A stretch of DNA of 64,000 nucleotides, taken from the NCBI GenBank assembly GCA_002269645.1, contig NIVC01001735.1, positions 1 to 64,000 on the forward strand. The letters are read 5' to 3'. The position numbers and the translations under genes were made by a program. Shown piece after piece: positions 60,232 to 64,000 of this stretch. Below the pieces are notes generated by a model, which was given only the letters and a program-made list of their open reading frames with translations, searched no databases and was not told where the DNA came from. The stretch comes from Macrostomum lignano. Lineage: Eukaryota. Each line of letters starts with the position of its first letter. The stretch's first letter is position 1.

Positions 60232-60289
60232 CTGGAAGAGGGGCGGAACTGTTACATTGCACACACAGTTTTAATTCAGTTGAATTGTT

Positions 60290-61435
60290 TGTAAATGGGT
60301 CGCTAACTATGCCTCTGAATGAGTCGCTAATTGTGCCTCTGAATGAGTCGCTAACTGTGCCTCTGAATGAGTCGCTAACTGTGCCTCTGAATGAGTCGCT
60401 AACTGTGCCTCTGAATGAGTCACTAACTGTGCCTCTGAATGAGTCGCTAACTGTGCCTCTGAATGAGTCGCTAACTGTGCCTCTGAATGAGTCGCTAACT
60501 GTGCCTCTGAATGAGTCGCTAATTGCCTCTGAATGAGTCGCTAATTGCCTCTGAATGAGTCGCTAATTGCCTCTGAATGAGTCGCTAATTGCCTCTGAAT
60601 GAGTCGCTAATTCCCTCTGAATGAGTCGCTAATTGTGCCTCTGAATGAGTCGCTAACTGTGCCTCTGAATGAGTCGCTAACTGTGCCTCTGAATGAGTCG
60701 CTAATTGCCTCTGAATGAGTCGCTAATTGCCTCTGAATAAGTCGCTAATTGCCTCTGAATGAGTCGCTAATTCCCTCTGAATGAGTCGCTAACTGTGCCT
60801 CTGAATGAGTCGCTAATTGCCTCTGAATGAGTCGCTAATTCCCTCTGAATGAGTCGCTAATTGTGCCTCTGAATGAGTCGCTAACTGTGCCTCTGAATGA
60901 GTCGCTAACTGTGCCTCTGAATGAGTCGCTAATTGTGCCTCTGAATGAGTCGCTAACTGTGCCTCTGAATGAGTCGCTAACTGTGCCTCTGAATGAGTCG
61001 CTAATTGCCTCTGAATGAGTCGCTAATTGCCTCTGAATAAGTCGCTAATTGCCTCTGAATGAGTCGCTAATTGCCTCTGAATGAGTCGCTAATTGCCTCT
61101 GAATGAGTCGCTAATTGCCTCTGAATGAGTCGCTAATTCCCTCTGAATGAGTCGCTAATTGAGCCTCTGAATGAGTCGCTAACTGTGCCTCTGAATGAGT
61201 CGCTAACTGTGCCTCTGAATGAGTCGCTAACTGTGCCTCTGAATGAGTCGCTAACTGTGCCTCTGAATGAGTCGCTAATTCCCTCTGAATGAGTCGCTAA
61301 TTGTGCCTCTGAATGAGTCGCTAACTGTGCCTCTGAATGAGTCGCTAACTGTGCCTCTGAATGAGTCGCTAATTGCCTCTGAATAAGTCGCTAATTGCCT
61401 CTGAATGGGTCGCAAATTTTGTCTGAATGAGCTGC
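60290..61435. repeat. 22-24-bp minisatellite (GCCTCTGAATGAGTCGCTAACTGT)n between PDCD6 and NDUFS7
   Basis: Direct reading. Confidence 0.93.
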
Positions 61436-61879
61436 TAATTGATACTGGAATGCCGCTAAGGGAATTTAAAATTTAAGTAGCCACAAATCTAGACACAGTA
61501 AATTAAGAATTGAAATAAACAACACTTACTGACCTGTTTAGGAGCTATCGTAATATTGAATATTGAATATATAATTATAAAAGGATTAATTGATTTTGGT
61601 TAGATAAAAACAGTGTTAAAACTTTATAATGGAAGGAGATATAAAATACGCTATTTAACTGTCATAAATAGAAACGGTACCCGGGGATCACAGGCGCTGG
61701 AGTTACAGATGAGACAGCAATAAAAATTTAAATAATGACGAACAGAAATCATATGGTTCTTGGGTACACCGCAAATTCTCTAGATTCAATCTCGATCAAC
61801 ATTGTATAAAATATTTTTACCAAATAAAGTAAAACTGAAAACATTAATCGATAGCCGATACAGACGTCAGGGAATACCC

Positions 61880-63790
<1,911 letters not shown>

Positions 63791-64000
63791 ATCTCTGTGG
63801 ATCCGTAGTTACACCCGGTTCTAGCATGACACTCTGGGGAATATTTAGGCCAGTAATTATCGATGCAATATAACAGTAGGTGGCAAAATATTTTGAAGAC
63901 GATGTATAATTCTGAACACAATGCTAAGCTGAAAATACGCTTGTAGTAAACCTTGTATCAGCTGAGTGTAGAAGCTGAGATAAATATTTAACTTCTAGCA

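Overview
Eukaryotic (metazoan) genomic DNA, not prokaryotic. Exons are GC-rich with poly-Q/poly-A tracts, and most introns and intergenic spacers are filled by a private minisatellite. This style, with a PAN/apple+LamG gene and a divergent DEG/ENaC, suggests a free-living flatworm such as Macrostomum (inference). I reconstructed 11 protein-coding genes; all 8 multi-exon models have GT-AG junctions whose phases close to an intact frame. Plus strand: TTLL10-like tubulin glycylase, then GTF2F2 > PCM1 > BRCT-archaemetzincin fusion > SMAD4. Minus strand: PDCD6/ALG-2 > NDUFS7 > HAUS2-like > FAAH > DEG/ENaC, plus a PAN-LamG gene at 3.2-4.1 kb. Non-autonomous DNA transposons with readable TIRs and TSDs are common: hAT-like (8 bp), Mutator-like (9 bp) and one 6-bp-TSD element. 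There are also two copies of a tRNA-derived CORE-like SINE. Best leads: (1) a spliced BRCT + archaemetzincin metalloprotease fusion; (2) a 322-bp element with Polinton/Maverick-type AGTAGT ends and a 6-bp TSD, carrying a CCAAT-box array; (3) two convergent co-directional gene runs with splice-acceptor-like AGs just upstream of the ATG, consistent with SL trans-spliced operons; (4) intron-private minisatellites, some built from splice-site sequence. Most long ORFs in the supplied track are repeat artefacts.
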